Positions 42,401 to 54,394 of a stretch of 64,000 nucleotides of DNA are shown one piece after another. Where the stretch lies: the NCBI RefSeq assembly GCF_009914755.1, contig NC_060944.1. One strand, 5' to 3'. The stretch comes from the human T2T-CHM13v2.0 reference genome, Homo sapiens. The translations under genes were made by a program, and so were the position numbers. The notes under the pieces are model-generated. The model saw only the letters and a list, made by a program, of their open reading frames with translations. It was not told the DNA's origin and searched no databases. Numbering within the stretch: position 1 is the first letter of the stretch; the number at the start of each line of letters is the position of its first letter.

Positions 42401-45400
42401 TGTATCCATCCCCCCGTATCCATCCCCCTGTATCCATCCCCGTGTCCACCCCCCGTGTCCATCCCCCTGTGTCCATCCCCCTGTATCCATCCCCGTGTCC
42501 ACCCCCCGTGTCCATCCCCCTGTGTCCACCCCCCCGTATCCATCCCCCTGTATCCATCCCCCTGTGTCCATCCCCCTGTATCCATCCCCGTGTCCACCCC
42601 CCGTGTCCATCCCCCTGTGTCCATCCCCCTGTATCCATCCCCCTGTATCCATCCCCCTGTATCCATCCCCCCTGTGTCCATCCCCCTGTATCCATCCCCG
42701 TGTCCACCCCCCGTGTCCATCCCCCTGTGTCCATCCCCCTGTATCCATCCCCGTGTATCCATCCCCCTGTATCCATCCCCCCTGTGTCCACCCCCCTGTA
42801 TCCATCCCCCTGTATCCACCCCCCCGTATCCACCCCCCCGTATCCATCCCCCTGTATCCATCCCCCTGTATCCACCCCCCCGTGTCCATCCCCCCGTGTC
42901 CATCCCCCCGTATCCATCCCCCCGTATCCATCCCCCCGTGTCCATCCCCCTGTATCCATCCCCCCGTATCCATCCCCCTGTATCCATCCCCGTGTCCACC
43001 CCCCGTGTCCATCCCCCTGTGTCCATCCCCCTGTGTCCATCCCCCTGTGTCCATCCCCCTGTATCCATCCCCCTGTATCCATCCCCCCGTATCCATCCCC
43101 CTGTATCCATCCCCCTGTGTCCATCCCCCTGTGTCCATCCCCCTGTATCCATCCCCCTGTATCCATCCCCCCGTATCCATCCCCCTGTATCCATCCCCGT
43201 GTCCACCCCCCGTGTCCATCCCCCTGTGTCCATCCCCCTGTATCCATCCCCGTGTCCACCCCCCGTGTCCATCCCCCTGTGTCCATCCCCCTGTGTCCAT
43301 CCCCCTGTGTCCATCCCCCTGTATCCATCCCCCTGTATCCATCCCCCTGTATCCATCCCCCCGTATCCATCCCCCTGTATCCATCCCCGTGTCCACCCCC
43401 CGTGTCCATCCCCCTGTGTCCATCCCCCTGTGTCCATCCCCCTGTGTCCATCCCCCTGTATCCATCCCCCTGTATCCATCCCCCCGTATCCATCCCCCTG
43501 TATCCATCCCCGTGTCCACCCCCCGTGTCCATCCCCCTGTGTCCATCCCCCTGTATCCATCCCCGTGTCCACCCCCCGTGTCCATCCCCCTGTGTCCATC
43601 CCCCTGTATCCATCCCCCTGTATCCATCCCCCTGTATCCATCCCCCTGTATCCATCCCCGTGTCCACCCCCCGTGTCCATCCCCCTGTGTCCATCCCCCT
43701 GTGTCCATCCCCCTGTGTCCATCCCCCTGTATCCATCCCCCTGTATCCATCCCCCTGTATCCATCCCCCTGTATCCATCCCCGTGTCCACCCCCCGTGTC
43801 CATCCCCCCGTGTCCATCCCCCTGTGTCCATCCCCCTGTGTCCATCCCCCTGTGTCCATCCCCCTGTATCCATCCCCCTGTGTCCATCCCCCTGTATCCA
43901 CCCCCCTGTATCCACCCCCCTGTATCCATCCCCCTGTGTCCATCCCCCTGTGTCCATCCCCCTGTGTCCATCCCCGTGTCCATCCCCCTGTGTCCATCCC
44001 CCTGTATCCATCCCCGTGTCCACCCCCCGTGTCCATCCCCCTGTGTCCATCCCCCCGTATCCATCCCCCCGTGTCCATCCCCCCGTGTCCATCCCCCTGT
44101 ATCCATCCCCCCGTGTCCATCCCCCCGTGTCCATCCCCCCGTATCCATCCCCCCGTGTCCATCCCCGTGTATCCATCCCCCTGTGTCCATCCCCCTGTAT
44201 CCATCCCCCTGTGTCCATCCCCCTGTGTCCATCCCCCTGTATCCATCCCCCCGTGTCCATCCCCCCGTATCCATCCCCCCGTATCCATCCCCCCGTGTCC
44301 ATCCCCGTGTATCCATCCCCCTGTGTCCATCCCCCTGTATCCATCCCCCTGTGTCCATCCCCCTGTGTCCATCCCCCTGTATCCATCCCCCTGTGTCCAC
44401 CCCCCTGTGTCCATCCCCCTGTGTCCATCCCCCTGTGTCCACCCCCCTGTGTCCATCCCCCTGTATCCATCCCCCTGTGTCCATCCCCCTGTGTCCATCC
44501 CCCCTGTGTCCATCCCCCTGTATCCATCCCCCTGTGTCCATCCCCCTGTATCCATCCCCCTGTGTCCATCCCCCTGTATCCATCCCCCCTGTGTCCATCC
44601 CCCCGTATCCATCCCCCCGTGTCCATCCCCCCGTATCCATCCCCCCGTATCCATCCCCCCGTGTCCATCCCCGTGTATCCATCCCCCTGTGTCCATCCCC
44701 CTGTGTCCATCCCCCTGTGTCCATCCCCCTGTGTCCATCCCCCTGTGTCCACCCCCCTGTGTCCATCCCCCTGTGTCCATCCCCCTGTATCCACCCCCCT
44801 GTGTCCATCCCCCTGTGTCCATCCCCCTGTGTCCATCCCCCTGTGTCCATCCCCCTGTGTCCATCCCCCTGTGTCCATCCCCCTGTATCCATCCCCCCGT
44901 ATCCATCCCCCCGTGTCCATCCCCCCGTATCCATCCCCCCGTATCCATCCCCCCGTATCCATCCCCCCGTATCCATCCCCCCGTGTCCATCCCCCCGTAT
45001 CCATCCCCCCGTGTCCATCCCCCTGTATCCATCCCCCCGTGTCCACCCCCCGTGTCCATCCCCCCGTGTCCATCCCCCCGTGTCCATCCCCCCGTATCCA
45101 TCCCCCCGTATCCATCCCCCCGTATCCATCCCCCCGTATCCATCCCCCCGTGTCCATCCCCCCGTGTCCATCCCCCCGTATCCATCCCCCCGTGTCCATC
45201 CCCCCGTATCCATCCCCCCGTATCCATCCCCCCGTGTCCATCCCCGTGTATCCATCCCCCTGTGTCCATCCCCCTGTATCCATCCCCCTGTGTCCATCCC
45301 CCTGTGTCCATCCCCCTGTATCCATCCCCCCGTGTCCATCCCCCCGTGTCCATCCCCCCGTATCCATCCCCCCGTGTCCATCCCCGTGTATCCATCCCCC

Positions 45401-47430
45401 TGTGTCCATCCCCCTGTATCCATCCCCCTGTGTCCATCCCCCTGTGTCCATCCCCCTGTGTCCACCCCCCTGTGTCCATCCCCCTGTGTCCATCCCCCTG
45501 TATCCACCCCCCTGTGTCCATCCCCCTGTATCCATCCCCCTGTGTCCATCCCCCTGTGTCCATCCCCCTGTGTCCATCCCCCCGTGTCCATCCCCCCGTA
45601 TCCATCCCCCCGTATCCATCCCCCCGTGTCCATCCCCCTGTGTCCATCCCCCTGTGTCCATCCCCCTGTGTCCATCCCCCTGTGTCCATCCCCCTGTATC
45701 CATCCCCCTGTGTCCATCCCCCTGTGTCCATCCCCCTGTATCCATCCCCCCGTGTCCATCCCCCCGTGTCCATCCCCCCGTGTCCATCCCCCCGTGTCCA
45801 TCCCCGTGTATCCATCCCCCTGTGTCCATCCCCCTGTATCCACCCCCCTGTGTCCACCCCCCTGTGTCCATCCCCCTGTATCCATCCCCCTGTGTCCATC
45901 CCCCTGTATCCATCCCCCCTGTGTCCATCCCCCTGTATCCATCCCCCTGTGTCCATCCCCCTGTATCCATCCCCCTGTGTCCATCCCCCTGTATCCATCC
46001 CCCCTGTGTCCATCCCCCTGTATCCATCCCCCCGTGTCCATCCCCCCGTGTCCATCCCCCCGTATCCATCCCCCCGTATCCATCCCCCCGTGTCCATCCC
46101 CGTGTGTCCATCCCCCTGTGTCCATCCCCCTGTATCCATCCCCCTGTGTCCATCCCCCTGTGTCCATCCCCCTGTATCCATCCCCCTGTGTCCATCCCCC
46201 TGTATCCATCCCCCTGTATCCACCCCCCTGTATCCACCCCCCTGTGTCCACCCCCCTGTATCCATCCCCCTGTGTCCATCCCCCTGTATCCATCCCCCTG
46301 TATCCACCCCCCTGTGTCCACCCCCCTGTGTCCATCCCCCCGTGTCCATCCCCCTGTGTCCACCCCCCGTGTCCACCCCCCTGTGTCCATCCCCCCGTAT
46401 CCATCCCCCCGTGTCCACCCCCCCGTATCCACCCCCCCGTATCCATCCCCCCGTGTCCATCCCCCTGTATCCATCCCCCTGTATCCATCCCCGTGTCCAC
46501 CCCCCGTGTCCATCCCCCTGTGTCCATCCCCCTGTATCCATCCCCGTGTCCACCCCCCGTGTCCATCCCCCTGTGTCCATCCCCCTGTATCCATCCCCCT
46601 GTATCCATCCCCCTGTATCCATCCCCGTGTCCACCCCCCGTGTCCATCCCCCTGTGTCCATCCCCCTGTGTCCATCCCCCTGTGTCCATCCCCCTGTATC
46701 CATCCCCCTGTATCCATCCCCCTGTGTCCATCCCCCTGTGTCCATCCCCCTGTATCCATCCCCCTGTGTCCATCCCCCTGTATCCATCCCCCTGTGTCCA
46801 TCCCCCTGTGTCCATCCCCCTGTGTCCATCCCCCTGTATCCACCCCCCTGTATCCACCCCCCTGTGTCCATCCCCCTGTGTCCATCCCCCTGTATCCATC
46901 CCCCTGTATCCATCCCCCTGTATCCATCCCCCTGTGTCCACCCCCCTGTGTCCATCCCCCTGTATCCATCCCCCTGTATCCATCCCCCTGTATCCATCCC
47001 CCTGTATCCATCCCCGTGTCCACCCCCCGTGTCCATCCCCCTGTGTCCATCCCCCTGTGTCCATCCCCCTGTGTCCATCCCCCTGTATCCATCCCCCTGT
47101 ATCCATCCCCCTGTGTCCATCCCCCTGTGTCCATCCCCCTGTATCCATCCCCCTGTGTCCATCCCCCTGTATCCATCCCCCTGTGTCCATCCCCCTGTAT
47201 CCATCCCCCTGTGTCCATCCCCCTGTATCCACCCCCCTGTATCCACCCCCCTGTGTCCATCCCCCTGTATCCATCCCCCTGTGTCCATCCCCCTGTATCC
47301 ATCCCCCTGTGTCCATCCCCCTGTATCCACCCCCCTGTATCCACCCCCCTGTATCCATCCCCCTGTGTCCATCCCCCTGTGTCCATCCCCGTGTCCATCC
47401 CCCTGTATCCATCCCCCTGTATCCATCCCC
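33482..47430. repeat. Giant GC-rich minisatellite/VNTR, 14-bp unit GT[G/A]TCCA[T/C]CCCCC[C/T], about 1,000 copies, with 12-, 13- and 15-bp length variants
   Basis: Uninterrupted tandem array. The first units at 33482-33520 are degenerate and the array ends abruptly at 47430 (...GTATCCATCCCC|ACTTTATTTT). 13,949 bp / 14 gives about 1,000 units. Confidence 0.99.
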
Positions 47431-47555
47431 ACTTTATTTTTCTCCCCCGCACTGTCACAGCTTTGACCCCCACCTCCCCACGTGAGAAAGTAAGTTGCAG
47501 GAGGGTAGAGGCTTTGTTTTGTCAGTTGTTTCCCCAGCCAAGGCTCTTGACTAGG
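47431..47555 (+). mobile_element. L2 (L2a-like) 3' region, right part, resuming after the VNTR
   Basis: CTTTATTTTTCTCC..GCACTGTCAC..CTCCCCACGTGAGAAAGTAAGTTGCAGGAGGGTAGAGGCTTTGTTTTGT..TTCCCCAG is collinear with the next segment of the L2a consensus. Confidence 0.7.
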
Positions 47556-50329
47556 GCCAACCAGAGTTAACAAGCATGCAAGGGCTCAATCTAGCCAGGG
47601 CTTCTGCATTACCATGGCCTGTGAGGCCCCTGGCAGCCCATTGGAGAGGTCTCTAAGGCATCTGGGAGGCTGGTTCTAAGTATCCCGCCCCTAGCCTGGT
47701 ACACAGCGGGCATCATCAGAACATGTCTGAGGCTGTGCTGACCTGCTGTCTGAGAGCAGACACTGCCCGGGCTTCCTGGACCACAGCAAAGACGCTGAAG
47801 AGAGGGGCAATGAATTCCCCTGGGCCCCCTCCCCAAATGGCCCTGAAACTAGCAGGCAGTGGGAAACCAGCCCCAGGCTTGGCAGGGGCCTGGCAGAGGC
47901 TCAGTGCCGAGGGCCAAGGGCCTGCCAACCTCACTCCCCCAAACAGCGACCAATTGTCCCAGCGGCGCCCAAGTTCCCTGAAGACCTCCCAGCAGTCACT
48001 CTCTCACAGAGACACCCGCTCTCAAAGGGGCCAGCAGTCTGGCTGCTTCCGGCCACGACCACAACCAAGGAGGCTGGACCAGCATGGTGGTCCCAGCTTC
48101 ACAGGAGGCCCCGGGACTTCCGAGCCCTGCTGGGAACTTGCAGCCGGGTGCTTGGTGAGGAGCGGGTGAGGACAGATCCCGGGGGTGGGCCAGTCCTCTT
48201 GGCATTTGTATGCAGGTGCAGACCCATGAACATGAGCTGGAATCTATCAACAGAAAATAAAACACTCAGGGACAGAAGCCTCAGAAGACAAACTGCTGCG
48301 GGGCGAAGGTGGCAGCCACTCCTGCTTGCTGGGTGTGCAACATGTCTCAGGCCCACTCTGGATAGGCATTCATCCAACCCTCAGACAGGGAGATGGGAAC
48401 TGTGGAACCTCTGTGTCTCAGAAAAGGAAATGAGGGAAGCCATTTGCCCAGAAGAGGGAAGCCGGGATTTGAACCCAGGTCTCCTGGCAAGGCCTTGACC
48501 ACTATGCTACATCCTAAACCTCCCTTGATGGCGATGAGGAGGGGCTGGTCACCAGGAGTCACGTTCCCATGACAAAGTCTCATTGGTGCCCCCCAGAGCA
48601 ATGGGTCTGAGCCCTGCTGCAAACCACCTGTGTCAGAATGGGATGCAGGCAGCTTCCTAGAAAGCCCATTCAGACCTGCTGTGGCTACATTTTTCACATG
48701 ATGCTACTGGATTCTGAAGCGCACACTGGAGTTTAAGAACCACTGGCTTAGAGGCAATTCTGACCTAGACAGAACTAGCGCTTTATTTGTCAGGACGATA
48801 GACCTCGAGAAGAGCTGCCTATGTGGGATCTGGAGGTGACAATAAAAACGGCTGTTGATTGGTCACTGAGTATGTGCTCGGTCCTCTTTTAAGTGCTTCA
48901 TTCTCATTTCATCCTTAGCACAACTCTACAGAAGAAGTAACAGTATTATCTTCCCCATTTTAGAGATGAGAAAACTGAGGCACAGGGAGCTTAAGTCTGT
49001 CCTGCCATCCTGTGAGATTCATGTAGTTGTTTGGAGGAGGTCCACCTTCCATCTGGGTGATCCCAGCACCTGCTAGGTGCCCTGTACATGCCTGCGTACA
49101 TGCCCTGTACATGCCTGCAGCACTGAATATGAACTAGGCCAGGTGTGTTTTGGTGGTGCGGGGGTCCCAGGACAGAGCTTCCCAAGGGGCAAGCTTTGGG
49201 AACTCTCCTGACCCAACTGCACCCCCCTACACACATCCACCTTCCTGGGCATACAGTCCTACTTACCCTGGTGTGGCTGAGCAAGGTGCTACCCCCTTCG
49301 TCTTCTTTGTCTATAAGTAGAACTCCTACTATGGAGCTATTAGAGAAATCGGGTCTAAATGGAGCCACTCAGACAAAGCCCTTAGGAAGTGGATAGGAGA
49401 GGGGTCAAGTTTTAGGATGTGGGTGTGAAACCCACCTGGATCCACCACTTGAGCGCTACACAGACTTGCCTGAGCCTTTCATCCTCACATCTGCCTAGTG
49501 AGGATCAGAATTGTATGTAATCACGTGAAGGTGAAATATGCAAACTACCTGTGCACAGTGGGCCTCACTGTACGGTCGCCGGTGAAAAGTACTAAGATTG
49601 GTGCCACAACCCCATCAGCACAACACCCCTGACCCCTCCTTCCAGGGCTCGAGCTAGGGGGTTGTCAGTGCCTGGCTGGTGCTCAGGCCTCTTCAGCTGG
49701 AGCCTGGAGCTGAAGGCCTGTTTGCTGGGTTACAGGAAGATCTGAGCTGTACAGCTGGTGCTGGCGAGGAAAGGTATTTGCATCAGATAATAGGTAAAGT
49801 GTCTTGTTATTCCATTAACTTGTGTAGCAACGACTGCGGCAGAGGGAGGGAGCGTTGGAAAGCCGTAGGGTGGGCAGGGGATGAGCTCACTGACCCACAG
49901 CTAAGCCAGGGACTTCCAGGGGGCCCAGCAGCCTCAACAGGAGCTACAGGGGTAGCCTTTGGGCAGAGGGGTATGGGTGAGGCTGCCCCTCGTTCCAGAA
50001 CCCTAACCTTAAGGTAGGGCCCCAGCTGGGGGCAAAATCGAAAAGTACATCCCAGGCACCACCAGCACCAGTGCCTCCCCCTCCCCCACCCCTAATTGAC
50101 CTCTGAGTCCCTGGGGCTCAGGGGCTCTGACCATGACCACAGCATGCAGCCTCCTGAACAAAAGCATAGATGCTGGAGCCCCCTGGATGGGGGTTTGAAT
50201 CCCGACTCCACCCTTCACAAGTTTGGTAAGTTGCACAGGCACCTAGCATTGCTGGGCTTCCTATTAAATGGGATACTACTATTACACTCATCCCTCGAGG
50301 CCATGTCATCCCTCCTCTGACAAATCCCA

Positions 50330-51010
50330 TGGAGTCCCTGCCACGTGCTGGTGCCTTCTAGGCACTGGGAACCAGCAGGGAACAACAGGGACTAAGTCTT
50401 GTTCTGACGAAATTTGCATTCCAGGTGGGGGAGGGTGCACATAAATAAATAAGAGAAATATGAGAAAGTGATAAGTGCTATAAAACTTGGAAATGGGATA
50501 ACAAGGGGCCAGATGTAAGGAGGAGCGGTCTTTTAGAGAATGAAGGAAGGATACTCTGGGGGGAGGCATTTGAACTAAGGCGCAGGTGACATCAACAGCC
50601 TTGAAGGGCCCCAGGTTGGCCTCAAGGGACACGTTTGAGGAGAGGAAGGAGGCCAGTGTGGCTGAAGCAGAGTGGGCAGCAAAGATGGACAACCTCAGGA
50701 TGGAGAAGAGTGGGGACTGGCCACGTAGAGCAGCATGGCTGCAGGATTCATTTTGACTGGAAGCACCATGGCAGTCCCTGGAGGTTCAGAGCAGGGGAGG
50801 GATGTGATCTGATTTTGATGGTTCAAAGGCCTCCTGGCTGCTGGTAGGGGATGGATTGCAGAGGCCAGGGTGGTGCAGGGGAGCTGAAAAGAGGCTGGTA
50901 CAGCCATGGGCATGACAGCAGCTGTGGTCTAAGAGGGTAGTGCAGGGGAATGTGGGACGAGACAGTGGACCAGGGCTGGGCTGGGTTTTAAAGATACTGT
51001 CACAGGATCT
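50330..51010 (-). mobile_element. L2 fragment
   Basis: GGAAGGAGGCCAGTGTGGCTGAAGCAGAGTG..GAGCAGGGGAGGGATGTGATCTGATTTTG. Confidence 0.75.
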
Positions 51011-53054
51011 GAGGATGATGAGCAGGAGAGGGAAAGGGAAGGGACAAGGATGGCACAGGTGATTGAGACCATGTATGTTAGCAGAGGGTTTATTGAGCGT
51101 GGCCCCTTGCATACAGTAAGTGCTGGTAAACACTGCCCATTGGGAAAGCATAGTGTTCTACACTAAGCACCACCTTCTACAGGAACCAGCCCTGTTGATC
51201 AACAGAGCGGCATTTCTGGTCTCAGATTCCTGGATTGCACCAAATGACCTCTGAGGGGATAACAGAGGACTCCACGCAGGAAGGGTTCAGGCAGTCATGT
51301 TGCCCAACATGTGCGGTGACAGCATAAACACCAGGGTGACTTGTCCCAGGTCACTGGGCTTGTTAGGGGCAGAGTGGGATCTCTTGACCCTGTAAAATGT
51401 CCTCTGGGATCTAAAGTCTGAGATTCCCAGGTGTGAGTCCTTCTCTGGACCTCGGGCTTCGGTAGCAGAGTCCAGCCTCAGAGCCTTTGTGCTTGCTGTT
51501 CCCCTTCCTGGAGCCTCCCATGACCTTTGGATGTCACTTGGCCTCTCTGCGCCCTCTCACCCCAGCAGTTCTGCAGAGGTCAGCCTTTAGAACTGACCCA
51601 CGCCTCCCTGGGCCTGCAGGGTTTCACAGAGCTCGGCAGCAGCTTGGGTTACCCCTAGGGTCAGGTCATCACCATTTGCCTCATCTCCTTCCACAGCCAA
51701 CTTGGAAGGATTCCCCAGCCTTGTGCCAGGAGAGGCTGGCACGGCTGCCAGAGCCCCACTCCGTGGCGCCATAGGCCCTCACAGGGACTGCCCTGGCTCC
51801 TGGTGGCCAAACCACACAGGATAGAACCACCTTTCCTGCTGGGACACAGCCCAGGCGGAATCCCCCTTTCTTTCTCCTGGACCAATCAGATGTGAGTCAG
51901 GGACCCTCTCATTAACAAATTTCCTCCCTTCCTCCTCCCCTGTTATGAGGCCAGGAGCGGGCGTCGACCTACATGGAAGGGGAGGAGAGGTGGAACCAGT
52001 TGGAGCAAATACCCAACCTGCCTCTTGCCTGGTAAGGTCACCCAGAAGCCTTGAGCCAGCAGCCGTTCCTTCCTCCATCTCCAACGGTCTGGCCTTATGC
52101 TAGCCCCCAACTCAGGACACAGACTTTACACTTAACCCCAAAGCAGTCCCTGCCTCACTTGGGGCCAAGTTCAGACAAGAGGCAATCAGGGACTTAACTG
52201 GCTGCCAGAGAAGGCCACCCGCCTGGTTATTAAATATTAAGTGGCAAGAGCCTGAGAATGTATAATTGCAAATGAGACTCTGAGGCAGATGTTGCCAACA
52301 GCTTGGACCGGTGCATGCAGTTGGGACCAACAGGGGATTTCAAGTCACCAAGCCAGGCTGCTGGCAAGGGCCCCACATTTGCTGGGCACCTGCTGGGTAC
52401 CAGGCCCTGAACTGGATGCTACGTGTAAAAAGATTAACCAGACACGACTCCAGCTTCAAGAGGTTCCCTGTCCGCTGAAGAAGTAAGCAAGGGCTCACAA
52501 CCACAGGTAATCTCGGGCGTGGTGCGGGCCCCAGGGAAATATCTAGAAGGGGTTGGAGAATTGAGGCTTCAGAGTGGAAATGAGCTGACTTTGAACTGTA
52601 CATTCAGTCAGTCATTTAACAAACATTGGTTCAATACCTAATGTGTGCCAAATGTTGTAGATTCAGGGAAATAAAGTATTAAATAAACCAAACTCTCTCA
52701 TGGTGCTTACAATTGAGTGAGAGCTTGTATTCCAAGGATGAACAAGGTTTGCACCAAGAAGAAGAGATAAAGAAGAGAGCGAGCCTGTGCAAACATTCAG
52801 AGGCATGAAGTCAAGTAGCTTCAAGGTGAATAGGGAGTTCACTGCGGCTGGACATGTGTGAAAGGGAGGGAGTGAGGCAGGGAGCAAGGGAGGGAGGGAG
52901 GGAGGGATGGGATGGCTAGTAGCCAGAGCCTGAAAAGCTGCCACATTAAAGAGTATAGGTGAGTCCTGGAGGGTTTCAAAGTACAGTGCAATGCCCTCCC
53001 TCAGGGATAGTCCATGGCTCCCAGGATTCCTGAGATAGGACACAGTCTACTCTC

Positions 53055-53392
<338 letters not shown>

Positions 53393-54394
53393 TAAGAGGA
53401 AGCAATAAGAGGAAGAAGACACCCCACTGAATATCCTGGGGCATGAGTGTGGTTGCCTGGTTAGCTACCCACCCCCACCCCAGGCTAGGTTACTGAGACT
53501 CCACCGAGGGAGGATCTCAGAGAAACAGAGCCCTGCCCCTTTACTCTCCCCACACCTGCAGCCTGTGTCAGCTCCTGAACTGCTAAGAACATATCCTAGG
53601 AACATAGGTGCCTTTGTCTTCGCCAGGAACTCAGTCCCTGTGGCAGGTGGCGGTGGGGAGAGTAATATGAGACCCCAGACCCTTCAGGCAACAAGTCCTT
53701 GTCCAGCAAGAGAGCCAGGGAAGATTCCAGTGCAACACTTCCAAGAATGTCCTCACTGGCTGGACCTCTGTCTCCACTGCCCTGCCCGGAGCCAGGGTGG
53801 GGTGGACTGGATGAACTTTCAAGGTCATTTTCTGGCCATGATTCTATACAAAGAGAAGGGGGACAAGAAGAACTGCATGTGCATGTGAAGATGCTAAAAT
53901 CCCAGGAGGATTAGGGTCCTTGAAGAGGTTCTACGCGTCTAGAGTTGCATTCGGCTGAGATTCTAGAATTCTATAGTTCGACAATTCCAAGATTTTAGAA
54001 TCCTGTGATTCTAAGACTCTTACTTGATTAGGGGAAGGAAGACATCGTAGTCATCACATCCCCTTAATAAAATTCACGCCTCTGGGAAGAACCCCACACC
54101 CGTAACTCCAAAGCCAAGCAGGCTTGTTTTCCCCCTTTCTGCCTTTAAATTGTCTTTTCACTCTTTGGTGTCTGCTCATCTGCACACCCCCCTCCACAGT
54201 CCCTCCTCCAAGCCTGGCAGCCACACATTTGCCATCTACATATAACCCAGTGATTAGCACAGCAGAACAGAGAGGAGGGTGTGGAAGCCATGCTGCCTGC
54301 CAGTCGGACGGCCTTAAGTCGACCAGGCTGCAGCGAATCACCTCAGCTCCCTGAAAGGGCTGAGCAGGGAAGGGAAACGCACTCCTGCAGATTC

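Noticed and set aside
33482-47430. CRISPR array, telomeric or centromeric satellite, or the insulin VNTR itself
   Set aside because: There are no spacers, the unit is not TTAGGG, alphoid or HSat, it differs from the INS unit, and no INS/TH sequence flanks it.
33109-47573. Six ~4,700-aa ORFs as a real mucin-, extensin- or collagen-like gene
   Set aside because: All six frames are open and the period is not a multiple of 3. The flanks are MIR/L2-derived with no signal peptide or recognisable domain. Not called as CDS and kept only as a hypothesis.
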